Shown here piece by piece: positions 51,130 to 64,000 of a stretch of DNA of 64,000 bases; positions within the stretch are counted from its first letter, which is position 1; each line of letters starts with the position of its first letter. A model generated the notes under the pieces. It was given only the letters and a program-made list of their open reading frames with translations, had not been told where the DNA came from and did not search any database. The position numbers were made by a program, and so were the translations under genes. This DNA is from Carcharhinus longimanus (lineage: Eukaryota): positions 91,518,400 to 91,582,399 of the forward strand of contig JASCQW010000061.1 in assembly GCA_030264375.1 (NCBI GenBank). Reading direction: 5' to 3'.

Positions 51130-51712
51130 TTCAACAGCAACACTCCCGGCTTAGTGAGATTGTGAATTCAAGCTCTAGTCCAGCTCTTGCTCATATAACA
51201 CAAACAGAAAAGGCTGGAAAATCTGAGCAGGTCTTACAGCATCTATGGAGAGAGAATAGAGCCAATGTTGAGTCAGGGTGACCCTTCATTAGAGTTGTTG
51301 GCTCTATTCTCTCCACGAATGCCGTCAGACCTGCTGAGATTTTCTAGCATTTTCTGTTTTTGTTTCAGATTCCAGCATATTTTGCCTTTAACTTGCTTAT
51401 ATAATCTGTGATGACACTTCAGTGCAGAATTGAAGGGTTAATGCATTGTTGGAGGTGCTGCCATCTGTTAGATAAGGTACCAGACTAAGTAAAATATAGA
51501 AGATACCACAGCATTATTTGAAAATATGATTCGTGAGCAATTAACTCAAAATGAGTTATATTAATCATTCATCTCATTGTTCGTGGGGGCTGGCTGACAT
51601 ATTTGCATATATAACAAGGGGCTACATTTCAGGAGGAGATCATTTATTTGCTCTGATGCATTTTTGGGAGATTTAGAAGATGTATAAGGCACTTTAGAAA
51701 AGCAGCCTCTTT
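51130..51712 (+). mobile_element. Deu-domain SINE interrupted by a Penelope-derived foldback (51199-51391)
   Basis: SINE body gacacttcagtgcagaattgaaggg...ggaggtgctgcc...ataaggcactttagaaaagcag. The insert has inverted arms and flanking near-duplicate 13-mers cttgctcatataa / cttgcttatataa. Confidence 0.7.
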
Positions 51713-54700
51713 TCAACCAGTCTTTCAACTTTTCCTAATCCTGCCTTTATATCTCTAAAAGGTTCTCCTATTTATTCAAATTGGACAGCTACCCAAACTT
51801 TAAAAGCACTCTTATCAATAAAAGTTGGAAAGCTCTGTTGAGAATAAACAAATGGTTAATCCTGTTTACCGAGGCATTGTCTTCAGTTAAGAAGAAAGCA
51901 ATTCTGCCTATTTGCCACTACCAAATCACAAAGCCAACTTTTTGGTGAAATACATTTATTTTCTACTTTTCTCAGTGGAGTTAGTACCAATGCAAAAGCT
52001 GGAAAATTCCGCAAACAATTCTGAGGGAGTGGTAATGGAGCACATCCATCACTCTCGTTCAACCTTATTCTTTTTAACAAGACCAAAATTGCTCTCGCCG
52101 GCACTTTCCTAAAACTGATCTGAAAGAGAGAAGCAATTTATAAGTTGTTTTAAGACTGTTGGCAAGTTTTGTTAAAACCACCCATAAGGCAGATGGACAA
52201 ACATGCCTTTATAAGATGCTAGGCAGGTTGGTAGCAGCTAAGCTAATTTGATGCTGCCCTGTTTCCTTCCCTCCCGTTGGTCAAATTAGCCTGCAGTACA
52301 TCACAGATCTGTTTCACCAAAAGGTTTTAGTGCCTTTCAGCATGGTTTTTCACACAGACAATGGGTTGAATACTCTCTCAAATCCTGAAAACAGCAGGCT
52401 ATTAATGGCTTACTTATGAAGATGCCCAAGAGCAAATGTTGCTCAACTAAAAAGGAAAACTCCCATTTCAGAGTTACACCACTTCACAACTGTTATGCTC
52501 CTTTGCTTCACTTATTATAACATTCACTGGTATAAGCAATATGAATGGTTGCAGTATAGATGGTCATGCAATAAGGTAAGCCTGACAAAAATGCAGATTT
52601 CCAAAACCAAAAATAATCGATGTTTCATCAGTTGAGATAGAATGCCCACTTTTCAGGACTTCTATTAAGCTCGTTCAATGCAAGAAATCCATGTAAATGA
52701 TCCACAGTTCAACTGTATCAGGGATCATTTTACTTCACATTGCTAATAAAATAATACATTTAATTTCTTCCAGAATTAGACCTCAAGGGCAGTCCTTGGC
52801 CAATAACCTGTGGTTTCTGCAGTTATTTGATGAAATTATCAAAAAAGCTGGCTTCAGTGGAATGCAATTTATATATTTAGAATTACTACCATTGATACAA
52901 ACTAACCAGTGAAAAAAGTATTAAACATTAAACAAATCAGGCCAACACAAATAATGTCTTGTAGAGCACTACATTTGATGTGACCCGATTTTTACACCCA
53001 ATCCATAATTTCTAGTACAATTTGTTTTGCAGAAATCAGTCTTGATCATATCCACCAAGTTAAGGTAATCTTTCTATTGCAGCTGGTGCTGCACTTGATT
53101 ACCTAGCAAAGATGATCCTACATTGCTTGTATTGCACATTAGAGCCACTTCTTTAAAAATGCAGGACAACTTCACAAGCCTTGAATTTCTAACCGATTGA
53201 ATGCAAAGTTGTCTTTCTCCCTTCAAAGACAGCCTGCAACAGGCAAATGGGCAATACAATCACAGCTCCTTTTTAACACCATTATTTAAATGCTACCTTT
53301 TGACCAAATCACTGGGGAGACATCTCCACTGTAATGCAGCACGTCACCAATCACAGCCAGGAATTAGCTTTACAAAACACGAGGCCATCTTCATTGTTGC
53401 TTGAAGATGGAGCCTAAAAGTCTTTTTTTGTTCTGTACTGGAAACATCTCGTTGCTTGTGTTTTTTTTTCAAAAATCTTCGTGACTGGGGTGTTATAACA
53501 GCACACTTAAGCACAAGATCTATTTGGAGACTGACAACGTTAAACTATGCTGGTGACAGTGCAGCATGTGAGGGAACAGTATGTCTCAAATCACTGAAGT
53601 ACAGTGAAAAAAATTGAGCATTTGAGACACTGAATTGCGAACACATTTAAGTCATTTTCTCTATATCTGGGGCAGTATTTTCTCGCTCCATTTAAAATAT
53701 TAAAAATATAGCAATTTGACCCTGAACGGAAAACCAAAGAGGACAAATGTTTGATTAAGTACTTCAAATATGACAAACAGATGCTCCTATGTCCTTCAGA
53801 GATTTGACAATTCGTTCTTGCTAGCCAAAACCGCTTTTTTTTGCTCAATAAATGAAGCTCATTAATGGTGTCAAACAATAATTAACCTTAGTTAATACTG
53901 CTTTTTAGTATTAAACAGGTCTGTCAATTATGTAAATCAGAGGGCTGAGCTTCAATTATGTAAGTTCTTAGACAATTGTGGATAATAGCCATCAACCTCT
54001 GCAATATTTTATTATACAAAGCCTTTTTGAAAGAAATGTAACCAGTACGTTAGTTTAAATCAAATAGAGATTTTAAAAAATACTGCATATTGTGTTGTTA
54101 AAAATGTAGTTAAATGTTATGTAATAGATTGTTAATTAATGATAATTTTTTTTTAAGATCAGGTTGGTTTTAAACAACTCTCCTTTTAATCCCATTTTCC
54201 CAAATTCATTCGGGGTTTAATCAGTTCTTAACTAGAGCCATACTGACTACTTTTAAACGTCAACATTTAAAGTTCCAGGAATCTTAAGTACACTCAACTT
54301 TTATCCACGAATCAATAAAAAAAAAACTGGTGTTCATCTTCCAGTAGACTTGTAACCGTGACCTCAAGCCATTATTTAACAAAGTGAATAAAGCTCACCC
54401 TTACTGAAGCAACTCTATTTGAGGGCTGCCCCAGATGTTATAAGCAACCATGAAATGAATTAAAGTTAAACCAGGACTTTTGCAAGAGTGCAAGAGGTCT
54501 AAAGGAGCTACATAAACACAAAGCAACAAGTAGAAAAAGATTATCAAGTCCTGAGTAAAAATCTCAGTTACTGAGCAGCATAGAATCAACCAAGGACTCT
54601 TAAGTGGTCTGCTTCTGAGCATTTTCTGGATCCCAATATCACTCACCATGAGGGTGCCAAAACCAGATCCAGTATTATAGTACAGAGCCATATAAAATCA

Positions 54701-54974
54701 GTATCATTGTTTTTGCTTTATTTTGGATTATTCTGGCTATACATTCCAATAGTCAAACTTTGTTAGAATCACAGCATTGATTGCAAACCTTGGTGCTTTA
54801 TATAGATTTGTCTTATGTCCTATATCCCAAATACTCAACTCTGCAAACCATATGTGGGGTTGGTGTTAGCCCTGACAAATGCATAACACAACAGTTATGT
54901 AGGTAGATAGGAAAGAGATTTGCATTTATGTTCTGCCTTTCATGATGTCAGGACAACCACTGCCATCTATTGGG

Positions 54975-55175
54975 ATATCAGAGTCATACAGCACAAAAAT
55001 AGGCCTATGCCAGCCATCAAATCCCAATCTATACTCATCCCTTTTACCAGCACTTGGCCAGAGCCTACTGTGCCTTGGCGATTTAGGTACGTGTCCAGTT
55101 GCTTCTCAATTGTTTCGAGAGTACCTATCTCCAACAACCGCTCAGGCAGCATGTTCCATATGTCCACCACCCTCT
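54975..55175 (-). mobile_element. CR1 3' end fragment
   Basis: ORF 54967..55242 contains KRVVDIWNMLPERLLEIGTLETIEKQLDTYLNRQG. Confidence 0.75.
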
Positions 55176-55499
55176 TTTCTGCTCCAATGACATTTTGGTT
55201 GGTCCCTTTGCAGCTTTCATTGCCTTTAGTTGAGTTTGTCATCTATCCCTGTTCTTCTGAAAACAATCACCTTTAAGTCAGTAAATAATTATTTTCCCTC
55301 AGATTGGATTTGTCCTTAACTGTGACCCTTACCCAATCCGATATCCCCCAAGACAAAATTATAGCTTGTATGTCACTCAAATAAATAAAAAGGTATATAG
55401 TAGGTCAATCATTTGTTACAAATCTCTCAGACGGCTGTCCTCAATACCAGGTGCATCACCATTAGGTCAACGAATACCTTGAACATGCTGCCCCCTTTA

Positions 55500-56330
55500 G
55501 AAATGGTGCGAATTGTTTGCTCTGCAGGTCAACGTAGATAAAACCAAAGAGCTACTTTTATACAGCAATGGACTGCATATGTGCGAACCTCTATGTTAAT
55601 GACCAAAGAGTAGTGGTTATAGAGCATTTAATTATCTGGGAACACACAGACCAAAACCTAAACTTCACAGAGAAACCAGCTACTTTTTAAAAAGTTAGCC
55701 AGTGTCTGTTTTTAATCAGAAAATTGAAAGGGTTTGAAATAAGTCAAGATGTTTCAAGGGTGATGCACAAAAGTCTGGTAAGGAGAGCATCCCAACATTC
55801 AACATGACAGTCTGGCATAGTAACCAGAGCGTAAAATGCTAAAGTAAGCTGGCCAAATTTGTCAATATTGCAGGAAAATTGTGGTAAACAACAGACACAG
55901 CTCGATAACCTATTTAACACCACAGTTGAGGGGAAAGCTCAGGCCATTATCAGAATTCCCCCTCACTCTTCATATCCTCAGTTTGAAAGGCTCCCTTTGG
56001 GCCAGCTCTTTAGAATGTCTGTTGCCAGGAAAAAACCGGTTCAGGAGGCCTTTTGTTCCCAGTGTTTGCTATAAGCTTATTAAATAACAATGTAAACTCA
56101 AATCACTTTTTATTTATTTATTCAACTGTAGTTGAGTGCTTAATGGCAGTGCAATGCGTTATGTTTGTATAGTATGAGTGTATTTTATATATGCATAAAT
56201 GTATGAATGTAGGTATACATGAATATTCACTGTTTTTAAACTAATGGCTGCATGATTATGTGTTATGCTGGAAGTGAAGCCAAAGACAAATTTCCAATTG
56301 ACCCTCATAATTTACTGCCCATGACATAAA
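55500..56330 (+). mobile_element. Second, divergent Rex1-type LINE (decayed)
   Basis: WCELFALQVNVDKTKEL and PHSSYPQFERLPLG...KNRFRRPFVPS resemble the Rex1 C-terminal LPSGRR motif region; the 3' UTR ends gaagccaaagacaaatttcc. Confidence 0.65.
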
Positions 56331-58777
56331 ACATTTATCGTGGACAGGTGGGCATGTTTAGCAACCCAATTTTCAAAATATTACTTTCAAAGGGCAGGAG
56401 AGAAGTAGGGAAGGGGACCTTCTATCTTTGGGGGTTGCCCTTTGCTGATCAGGGGATGTTCCCCTCCAAGCCCCCCAAAGATCTTGCTCCCTCCCCACAG
56501 CCTGAACACTGCAATCCCCTCTCTGACCTGCTCAGCATCTCCCCTGACTTGCCAGATTCTGAGAATCCATGGGCCTTCTTCCTTTTCTTGCAGTCCTGGC
56601 AGAAACCACTAAATCACTCTTGACGCTGCTGAGATTGATGAAGCTGCTGGCCAATCTGAATGGCCAGCAGCTCCTGAGGGCCGGACCTCTTCTCTAGTGA
56701 AAGGTAGATGTTCCACATAGCCTTCATTTAGCCTCACCTGCAGCATGTTACGGCTGCAGCTGCAAGAACAGGCTAGTTTGAAGCAGGTCAAGCCTCCACG
56801 CCAATATTTTGGACAACTATTTTATGAAACTAATAAGCACCAAGAATTTGAACAAGAATGCTTTGAAAATCTTGCTCCATCCAACTAATCTTGAATAACT
56901 TTTGAGTGTTTTTTCCATATGGCAAAATAAAGCATGCATTTTTATGTTTATAACAACCAACTAATATCCTCAACTGGGATAATCAGTTGTGGCATGACCT
57001 TCTTAAAATTTGATTAATAAATCAATTCCATGTTTGGGCATTGCCCTTCTGTCTTTTAGTGGACTACAAAACGTTCAAGTGGACACCTACCCTCTCTTTT
57101 ATGGTAAATTCTTTCCATTACCCTAATAGCTATGTCTATCAGCTGGCCCAGCAGGACCAGTTGTGGGCTTTGAGAATGAAGAGTTACCCAACTGATAATT
57201 TCAGCAACCAATGCACTGGAATTAAGGTTTTTCTACAAAAATATATCATACATTTTAAGCATAGTTGCTCTGAAATGATCAGGCCAATACATTTTTTGGG
57301 AATCTAAATAAGAGAACAAGAACGCTGGCAAGCCACTGAGATAACAGAATGTCCACCACATTTAGTAATATAGAGGGGTTAAATATAGCAGAGATAATTT
57401 TACAGGATGGGGTGACAGGCATAGAGCTTCATTCACCAGGGAACAGATTACTGAAAGACTGGTGATGGAGGTCAATGTGCCTGATGTATGCTGCTCCTAA
57501 CTTTCCAATCTTTAATCCTAATGACTGGAAAATTGAGCACAATAACCTCTACAGAAGACTCTTTCATCCAGTCTTCTGGTGATGTTGTCTGCCCTAGTCA
57601 CCCCACCTCTAAATCTGAGCTGCTGTCTCAAACATTGATCATAAGAAACAAAAACAGAAAAATACTGAAAATCTCAACAGGTCTGGCAGGATCTGTGGAG
57701 AGAGAAAATAGAGTTATGATTTTTATTTTACTTATAGATCATTAGAGCCCCAACACGAGAAACAAAGCACCACAAGCTGGATATAAATGGACTGGCGCTG
57801 ATCCTATGGGCTTTTCACCATGCAACACATCACAACAAATCCTCTAAGCTATTTCACACTGCGAAAGATACAGAATGAAATTTTTCCCTTTATTTGAACT
57901 GCTGAAAGTGTGCAACTCGCATACACATTAGGAACGTCACTCACTGATACCTCTACTGATGATTTATCACAACCATTAAGAGATTGGTTGCCTGGATAGT
58001 TGCTTTGGTAAAAAGTTCCATACTGAAGCTGAATTATAATCAGGAATATCTTACAATAGGATTACTGTATGTAGGCATGGGGCCAATGAAGGGACATCAA
58101 CAATAAAACCTGACACTCCCCTAAGTGCGGAGTGATTTCAAACTACTGCAGACACTTGTGGGTAATGGGATTTTTTTTAAAGAAATCTCAAGTGTATGGC
58201 ACAACAGTTTGCCAGCTAGTTAGCTGTAGTGTAAAATTAGAAAAAATATTCTATTTATTATCAATCTTCTGCCCCTGAACAAACCTTGAGATGCAACAAA
58301 ATCTCAAGGATGCACAATATTTGATTTAGCAGTAAAAATAACAGAACTACAATATCACGCAAGCCCCAAAGGACAGGAAAAAAAAATCCCAGAACTGAAT
58401 TCAGGCATGGGAGAGGAGGCATTTTGAAACTTCCCATTACTGATCTGAGATTCAAGTAACTTTTATAACTGTTTTAAAAGCGTTTATTTAAAAGCCTTCA
58501 ATTTCACAGTAAGACCTGCACCAAATTTAAATGTCCACATCGTGACCTGCAATTTCTTTAGAAATACCTTGGCAATTCCCAACCTATTTGGAATGCCAGA
58601 AGGAACAGCTACTGAAGAGCTCGTGCAGCACACACATTTGTTGGACAGCAGGAACTTTGTTTAACATCAAAATAAACAATCTTACTTTGTGGCTTTCCCA
58701 TATCTAGTACCACAGGAGACAGACAAAATATACACTCAGATCAATTTCCATAGCTAGTTTTCCATAGGTTACCATCA

Positions 58778-59076
58778 GACAGCACAGTGGTTAACACTGA
58801 TGCCCCACAGCAGTGCCAGGGGCCCGGGTTTGAATCCAGCCTTGAGTGATTGTGTGGAGTTTGCACATTCTTCTCTTGTCTGTCTGGGCTTCCTCCGGTG
58901 CTCCAGGTTCCCCTCTCACTCCAAAGATGCATAGGTTTGGTGGGATTAGCGGGATAAATATATGGGGTTACAGGGTTAGGGACAGGGGATGGGCCAGACT
59001 AAGATGCTCTGTCAGAGAGGGGTGCAGACTTGACAGGCTGAATGGCTTCCTTCTGCACTCTAGCGATCCTATTCTA
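58778..59076 (+). mobile_element. HE1-like V-SINE
   Basis: cagcacagtggttaacactg...ggtttgaatcc...gtgtggagtttgcacattct...gaatggcttccttctgcactc. Confidence 0.8.
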
Positions 59077-59194
59077 ACCTACCATCCTGTCACCACCAGG
59101 CGCTATAGCTTGAGGGCACCATTCTACATCAAATGTGCCTGACCAGGAGACTCTCCCATTATTACCTCCTACCATAGGCACACTGAAAGGATTT

Positions 59195-59325
59195 ACAGAT
59201 TGAAAATTAATCTGTTTGTCCATGTTATGAACACAGCTTCTGTGGCCATCGAATCCTGAAATGGGACTCAGACCTGGAGTTTTTGGCTGAGAGGCAAGGA
59301 CATTTTCCACTATGCCACAAGACTT
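59195..59325 (-). mobile_element. tRNA-derived SINE head fragment
   Basis: Minus strand gtcttgtggcatagtggaaaatgtccttgcctctcagccaaaaactccaggtctgagtcccatttc has A-box and B-box-like sequence. Confidence 0.5.
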
Positions 59326-62300
59326 CCGTCAATGACTTCAGGGATGGGGCAAAAATTCTATACATGTACATCCTGCTCTTAATGAATTTATTATAATGAT
59401 CATGACATTTTGCCCTCCATGCAACATTGAGAAGCATAACTATGAAGCATGCTAATGCATACTTACTCTTTTCAAAGTCCTGCAGCCAAGAAAAATATTT
59501 CAAAGAAACACCACAATTACTTCTATTAAGCATCAAGTATGAATCCTCCATGATGCTTCACATCGTTGTTTCCAAATGTTGTACTGCCCTTGTATGAGAC
59601 ATTTCCCATGGCTTATTTTCTATACAGATGTCAAGTATTTTACTCTTTTTGAATTATCAAACTGTATAAAATGGCCCCAATATACTGAAAAGACATAGCA
59701 TGCAACAGAAATTGCTGAATTTTGTGGGGGAGTTTTGGTGCTTTTGGGAAAAAAAAAATCTTGGGTTGCTCCTTGAAAAAAAAGCACTAAACTCCATTCC
59801 CCCATTGACAAATGTAGCTGTATTTTTGTGTCTTTACACTTTTACGACACAAAATATTTCATAGCAAGCGAAGCATTTTTAGTGCAATCACTGTTGCAAT
59901 GTAGGAAAATGCAGCAGCCAATTTGTTCCATAAATAGCAATGAGATAAAATTGAAGGAAGAATAAATTTTGAAATAGTCAACAACATACTTGGTCCTTTC
60001 TTTCGCCTGCTTCTCCCTGCAAGGCACCTGACCTCCACTAAACATTTCCCCCACAGTAGTGTAGTCAAGGTCAGAAATTAAAGTGAGTGATGATGTTTGA
60101 GGATAACATAAAAATCAAAGTTTCTTTACTCTTAAGTAGGCAATAGTATATCTTTTCTAATACTAATCACATTTCGGTGTGGAAGAATGTTAAGAATCGT
60201 TTTTAAAATTGTCTCTTTCTGGAGCATGGGATTTCAACTTCAAATGGCTTCTACTGAAGACATGTAGAACCTTAGGGATTTAGAAATCAGGTACTTTTAA
60301 ATAAAAAACACACTTAAAAACTAGAAAGTAAATTTTGAACTGTTAAGATATCAATGGGGCAGCTACAGTGGGTGATTTTTTTTTCAGGGTCTCGCCATTT
60401 GAGGAATATCGGACCATTAAAATGAGCCACCAATTAATAAACCAGTGCTTCTGAAGCAGGCACCCGAATATCATACTTTTACATGAATCTTTCTTTGCTC
60501 TTACCAACTAGCATGGCGTGAAACATCTATTCTTGTTTTAATTGTGATTGAATGCACTGTATTATACCATCTAATGTGCATTAGAGAAAAAAAAGGTTTA
60601 TAACTCTGTTCTTTCCATAGAAATGTTCCCCATCATGGATTATACAGTACTTTTCATAAAATTATTCCCAAACATTTCGATGTCCCAAAAAATGGATAAG
60701 CCAGCAAAATTGGTTAATAATTTGTCAGAGCTTTTAAGAAAATTTAAATTTTATGGTCTGCCATTGCTGTACAAAACATATGAAGCATAATAAATAGTTT
60801 CAATGAATGTGTGTCACAATGTTAATCTCAAAGAAACACCATGTAAAACACACATTGCATGCCCACAAAAATAAAATTGCTGCTGGAAACACTACTCAAA
60901 GTTCACATGTGAAATCTGAATTAAAAAACTAAACAAACACGTACTGTGGAAGCATTAAGTACTGGCCTCAGTTAGAAGGAAAGAGAAATGGAAAAGGGCA
61001 AGACAAAAGTGAAAGAGCAAGAGATTTGCCTCAAAATTAGTCAAAGCATAAAGTAATGAATTACGTTGAAATGCTGTAGCCAAATACAGCAGCAAGGTTG
61101 AACATAAAAACTTAAATGTTGTTAGAAGATAACTATTAGTGCAGTCAAGTCTCATGTTTCAGTACACCTTAAATTGGGTGGGGGAGATGAACTAAGTTTG
61201 AGAATCAATATCATGGCTGCAAATTTTGTATACAGCATTCAGCAACGGAGGTCTGAAAGTGTATTACCATGGATTTCATGGATGCCTTGGGGACTTGAGA
61301 ATGCTGAACAGCTGCAGTTTGTGTAATAAGCATTCCTCGAAGATTCCTATTTCATTAACTAAAAATAGCATTCATAGCTGTAGTTGCCAACTAAAGGATA
61401 TTTTTTACAATTAAGATTTGTTGGCACCACTATCACTTAATCCAACGTGTACAATTGCAGCAACTAGTCAGTAAGCATTTAGTTCAAGGTACCAAATCTT
61501 CCATTTTACATAGAACCTTTCACAACCTCAGGATGTTCCAAAAGCACCAGTCATTTTCCCATCCCACACATTAGCCAAAAATTCATCCATCACCTTTGCA
61601 TACATTGAGGCAGCCATCCAGCTGAGGCAGTTGACATCTCCATTTGTTAATGTCACTCAACAACTTGCCAGGAATACTCACACGACCTCGGCTGACAGTA
61701 GAGTAGCAAACAAGGTCAAAAGCACTTGGTATCAGCATCAATGCAATCGTTGGGAGCTCCCACTCCTATGTACCTCAATAATTCATACTTAGTAGGAATA
61801 AAGTCAGTCTACTTAAGTAAACTCAGAACAACGATCTGCTTCAATTATGAATAAAGTGACTGAACAGCATATTGGTAAAAGTAAGATTCCTACATCATTC
61901 AAAATTGTTCAAGATATTTGCATTAAACAAGAACTGTTTGATAGTGCACAACAAAATAAATGGAACATTCTGGGTACAAGTGAACTTAAAGCATGGCAGC
62001 AGGAAACATTGCAATATTTTTAATTCTTGTCTTCCAGATATACCTGAGGGAGAACATGCTAGCCCCAGTACATCCAATCGTTACCAACATTTCTCAGCAT
62101 TCACTATTTCATGCCTCTCAAGGGACTGATTAAAATGTTCACCCAAGGAAAGTAAAATAATTAACCAGAAGGAAGTGTACTCATAAGAATACAGTACAGG
62201 TAACCAGAACAGGTAACGAGTAAGAACACTGGCCAAAAGGTTTTTTTTTAGCTCCTTTAACTCAATATGCTGGGGATAGGAATTCCTTGGGTCTGGATTT

Positions 62301-62835
62301 TGCAAGTTGATGCTTGTAGAGCATCATTTCTTGGGTCAGGCATTGGATGCCATGTTTAATAGAGTATGCAGATGGCAGTTTGGGGGAGGATTACACTAGT
62401 GACATGTGCAATATGCAGGGGATGGCTTCCCAAACCCATAAAGCACCCTAAAAGGTCCAGCAATTACTGGGACATCTGGCAATGGAAGCATCCATGACAG
62501 GCCCCCAACTAATCTGTGCTTTTTCCAAATCATCTTAAGGTTCAAACCGTAAATGAAAGCTGGGTTGTAGAAGAGAATTGAATAGGACTTCCCCAATTTC
62601 ATTGTCATTAAGTGTACTTTCCTGATAAGTGGTCATGCAGTACCCAATGTGCATGGCAGAAAGGGAGACAGAAGACCTCAGGATGGTGTTACCCTCCAGC
62701 CAATTCTGTACTACGCTTGTCCACTTGATGGAAAGAATGCAGGGCCAGGTTGCTAATGTAGCAACACATTGGCTTACTGCTTATTAAGCGATTATTGGGG
62801 TTGGCTTCCTTTGGGCAAATTTCACTTTACTCCTA

Positions 62836-62985
62836 AAGAGAAAACGCTGGAAATTCTCAGCAGGTCTGACAACATCTGTAAGGAGAGAAAAGAGCTGATG
62901 TTTTGAGTCCAGATGACAAAGATTTTCCAGCATTTTCTCTTTTGGTTTCAGGTTCCAGCATCCGCAGTAATTTGCTTTTATTCAC
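62836..62985. mobile_element. Penelope-derived foldback fragment
   Basis: aaagagaaaacgctggaaattctc... pairs with ...gattttccagcattttctctttt, followed by ttcaggttccagcatccgcagtaatttgctttt. Confidence 0.65.
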
Positions 62986-64000
62986 TTTATTCTCACCTTG
63001 CACATTCTTGCCATTCAATCAGCACCTCGCCGAAGCATTGACTTGGGCTAAAATAACATTTCTTATGAAGACACTAGGGAAGCAACACGTCAAAACGTAC
63101 CTAGTATATGTAATGGCTTGTCAGCAATAATAAAAAAGGGAGCTTGGTAAGTTCTGCTGCTATAAAGCAATTTCATTTTTAAACTGGCAGAATTGAAGTA
63201 ACTCAAAAGTAGACCTCAAATTGACTCCAGTACAACAGTGCAAGATCGCCTTGGAGAGGCCAACTAACTCCATTTGGTGCGAAACTGCAGGATGATATTC
63301 TTGTGTCATACCATGCCTGGCTTAAAAAAATCAGGGTGTTCCCTGTCAACTCAAGTGTACTTTTAAAAATTGTTTTGGGAGCCTAAGCTATTGATCAAGT
63401 TCACAACCTATTTAAGTACCAATTCATAGAATTCTCTCTGGATCTGGACCACCTGATTTCCAACCAGGAACTGCATAAACTTCCGCCATAGCGGAATTAG
63501 TAGCTAAGTGTAAATGTAATCTTAAACAGTTATACTGGGCCAACTTCATCAAGTGCTATTGTGTAAACATTAAGCCACAGATATGATTTGAGACTTAAAA
63601 TCCAATTATTATGATTAAATTAAAACTCAAACGACATAATTTGTATAATACAAGGTTCAAATATTAATTTGTGACATTGTAGCTATAGCTAAAAAAAATG
63701 ATAATCCAACTTTTTCCAGGATGGTTCAAATTGACTCATATGCTCAGAAAATCTTCTGGTTAAGAGATCAAATAATGTAAAAATACCAAAATATCATTTC
63801 CTATAGTTTTCTCTGGGTCATTTAGTTACGTTACTTTGGATCATTAAGACAGCAAAATATCTAAGCGATGCTCGCTATATCTAGAAGCTGCTACACGTGT
63901 GAATTAATAACCAGTGACCAATTTGTGGAAGCTTATAAAAGAAAATGGTTGCACGAATGGAGCTACCATAAAAAATACTACTGCTTTAATTAAACTAAGT

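Noticed and set aside
23808-64000. Search for MTSS1 exons 1-3 or a nested protein-coding gene
   Set aside because: I found no sequence encoding MEAVIEKEC, GSYPVWEDF or AAAAFLDAFQKVAD, and the ORFs here are TE-derived or random. This is consistent with a very long intron.
1-64000. CRISPR arrays, operons or prokaryotic/viral systems
   Set aside because: There are no regularly spaced repeats or gene-dense segments; the window is a vertebrate intron-rich locus.

Overview
This is vertebrate genomic DNA, AT-rich, with many short N gaps. Its repeat content (HE1-like V-SINEs, Deu-domain SINEs, CR1, L2, RTE, Rex1/Babar and Penelope-like elements) points to a shark or other elasmobranch. The whole window lies inside one minus-strand gene, MTSS1 (MIM, I-BAR/IMD domain protein). 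Four constitutive exons of 85, 92, 75 and 158 nt have GT-AG boundaries and matching phases, corresponding to human coding exons 4-7. More than 40 kb on the right is the long preceding intron; the neighbouring exons lie outside the window. Reading the introns gave two further exon candidates: a 12-nt in-frame microexon (10956-10967, ADVF) with a UGC-rich 3' splice site typical of neural microexons, and a possible internal first exon (ATG at 1941, MGRWPWLASEVALTESLYAARGRW, phase-0 GTGAGT donor) that would give an MTSS1 isoform lacking most of the I-BAR domain. Other notable items are a Penelope-associated minimal hammerhead-ribozyme motif in the sense strand of the intron, a 126-bp TA-flanked foldback element, a ~250-bp direct duplication with a 42-bp invariant core, a V-SINE lineage that appears to have swapped its CR1 tail for a Rex1/Babar tail, and several nested TE insertions. 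TE coordinates are approximate, and family names come from recognition rather than a database search. I found no evidence for a wholly new multi-gene system.
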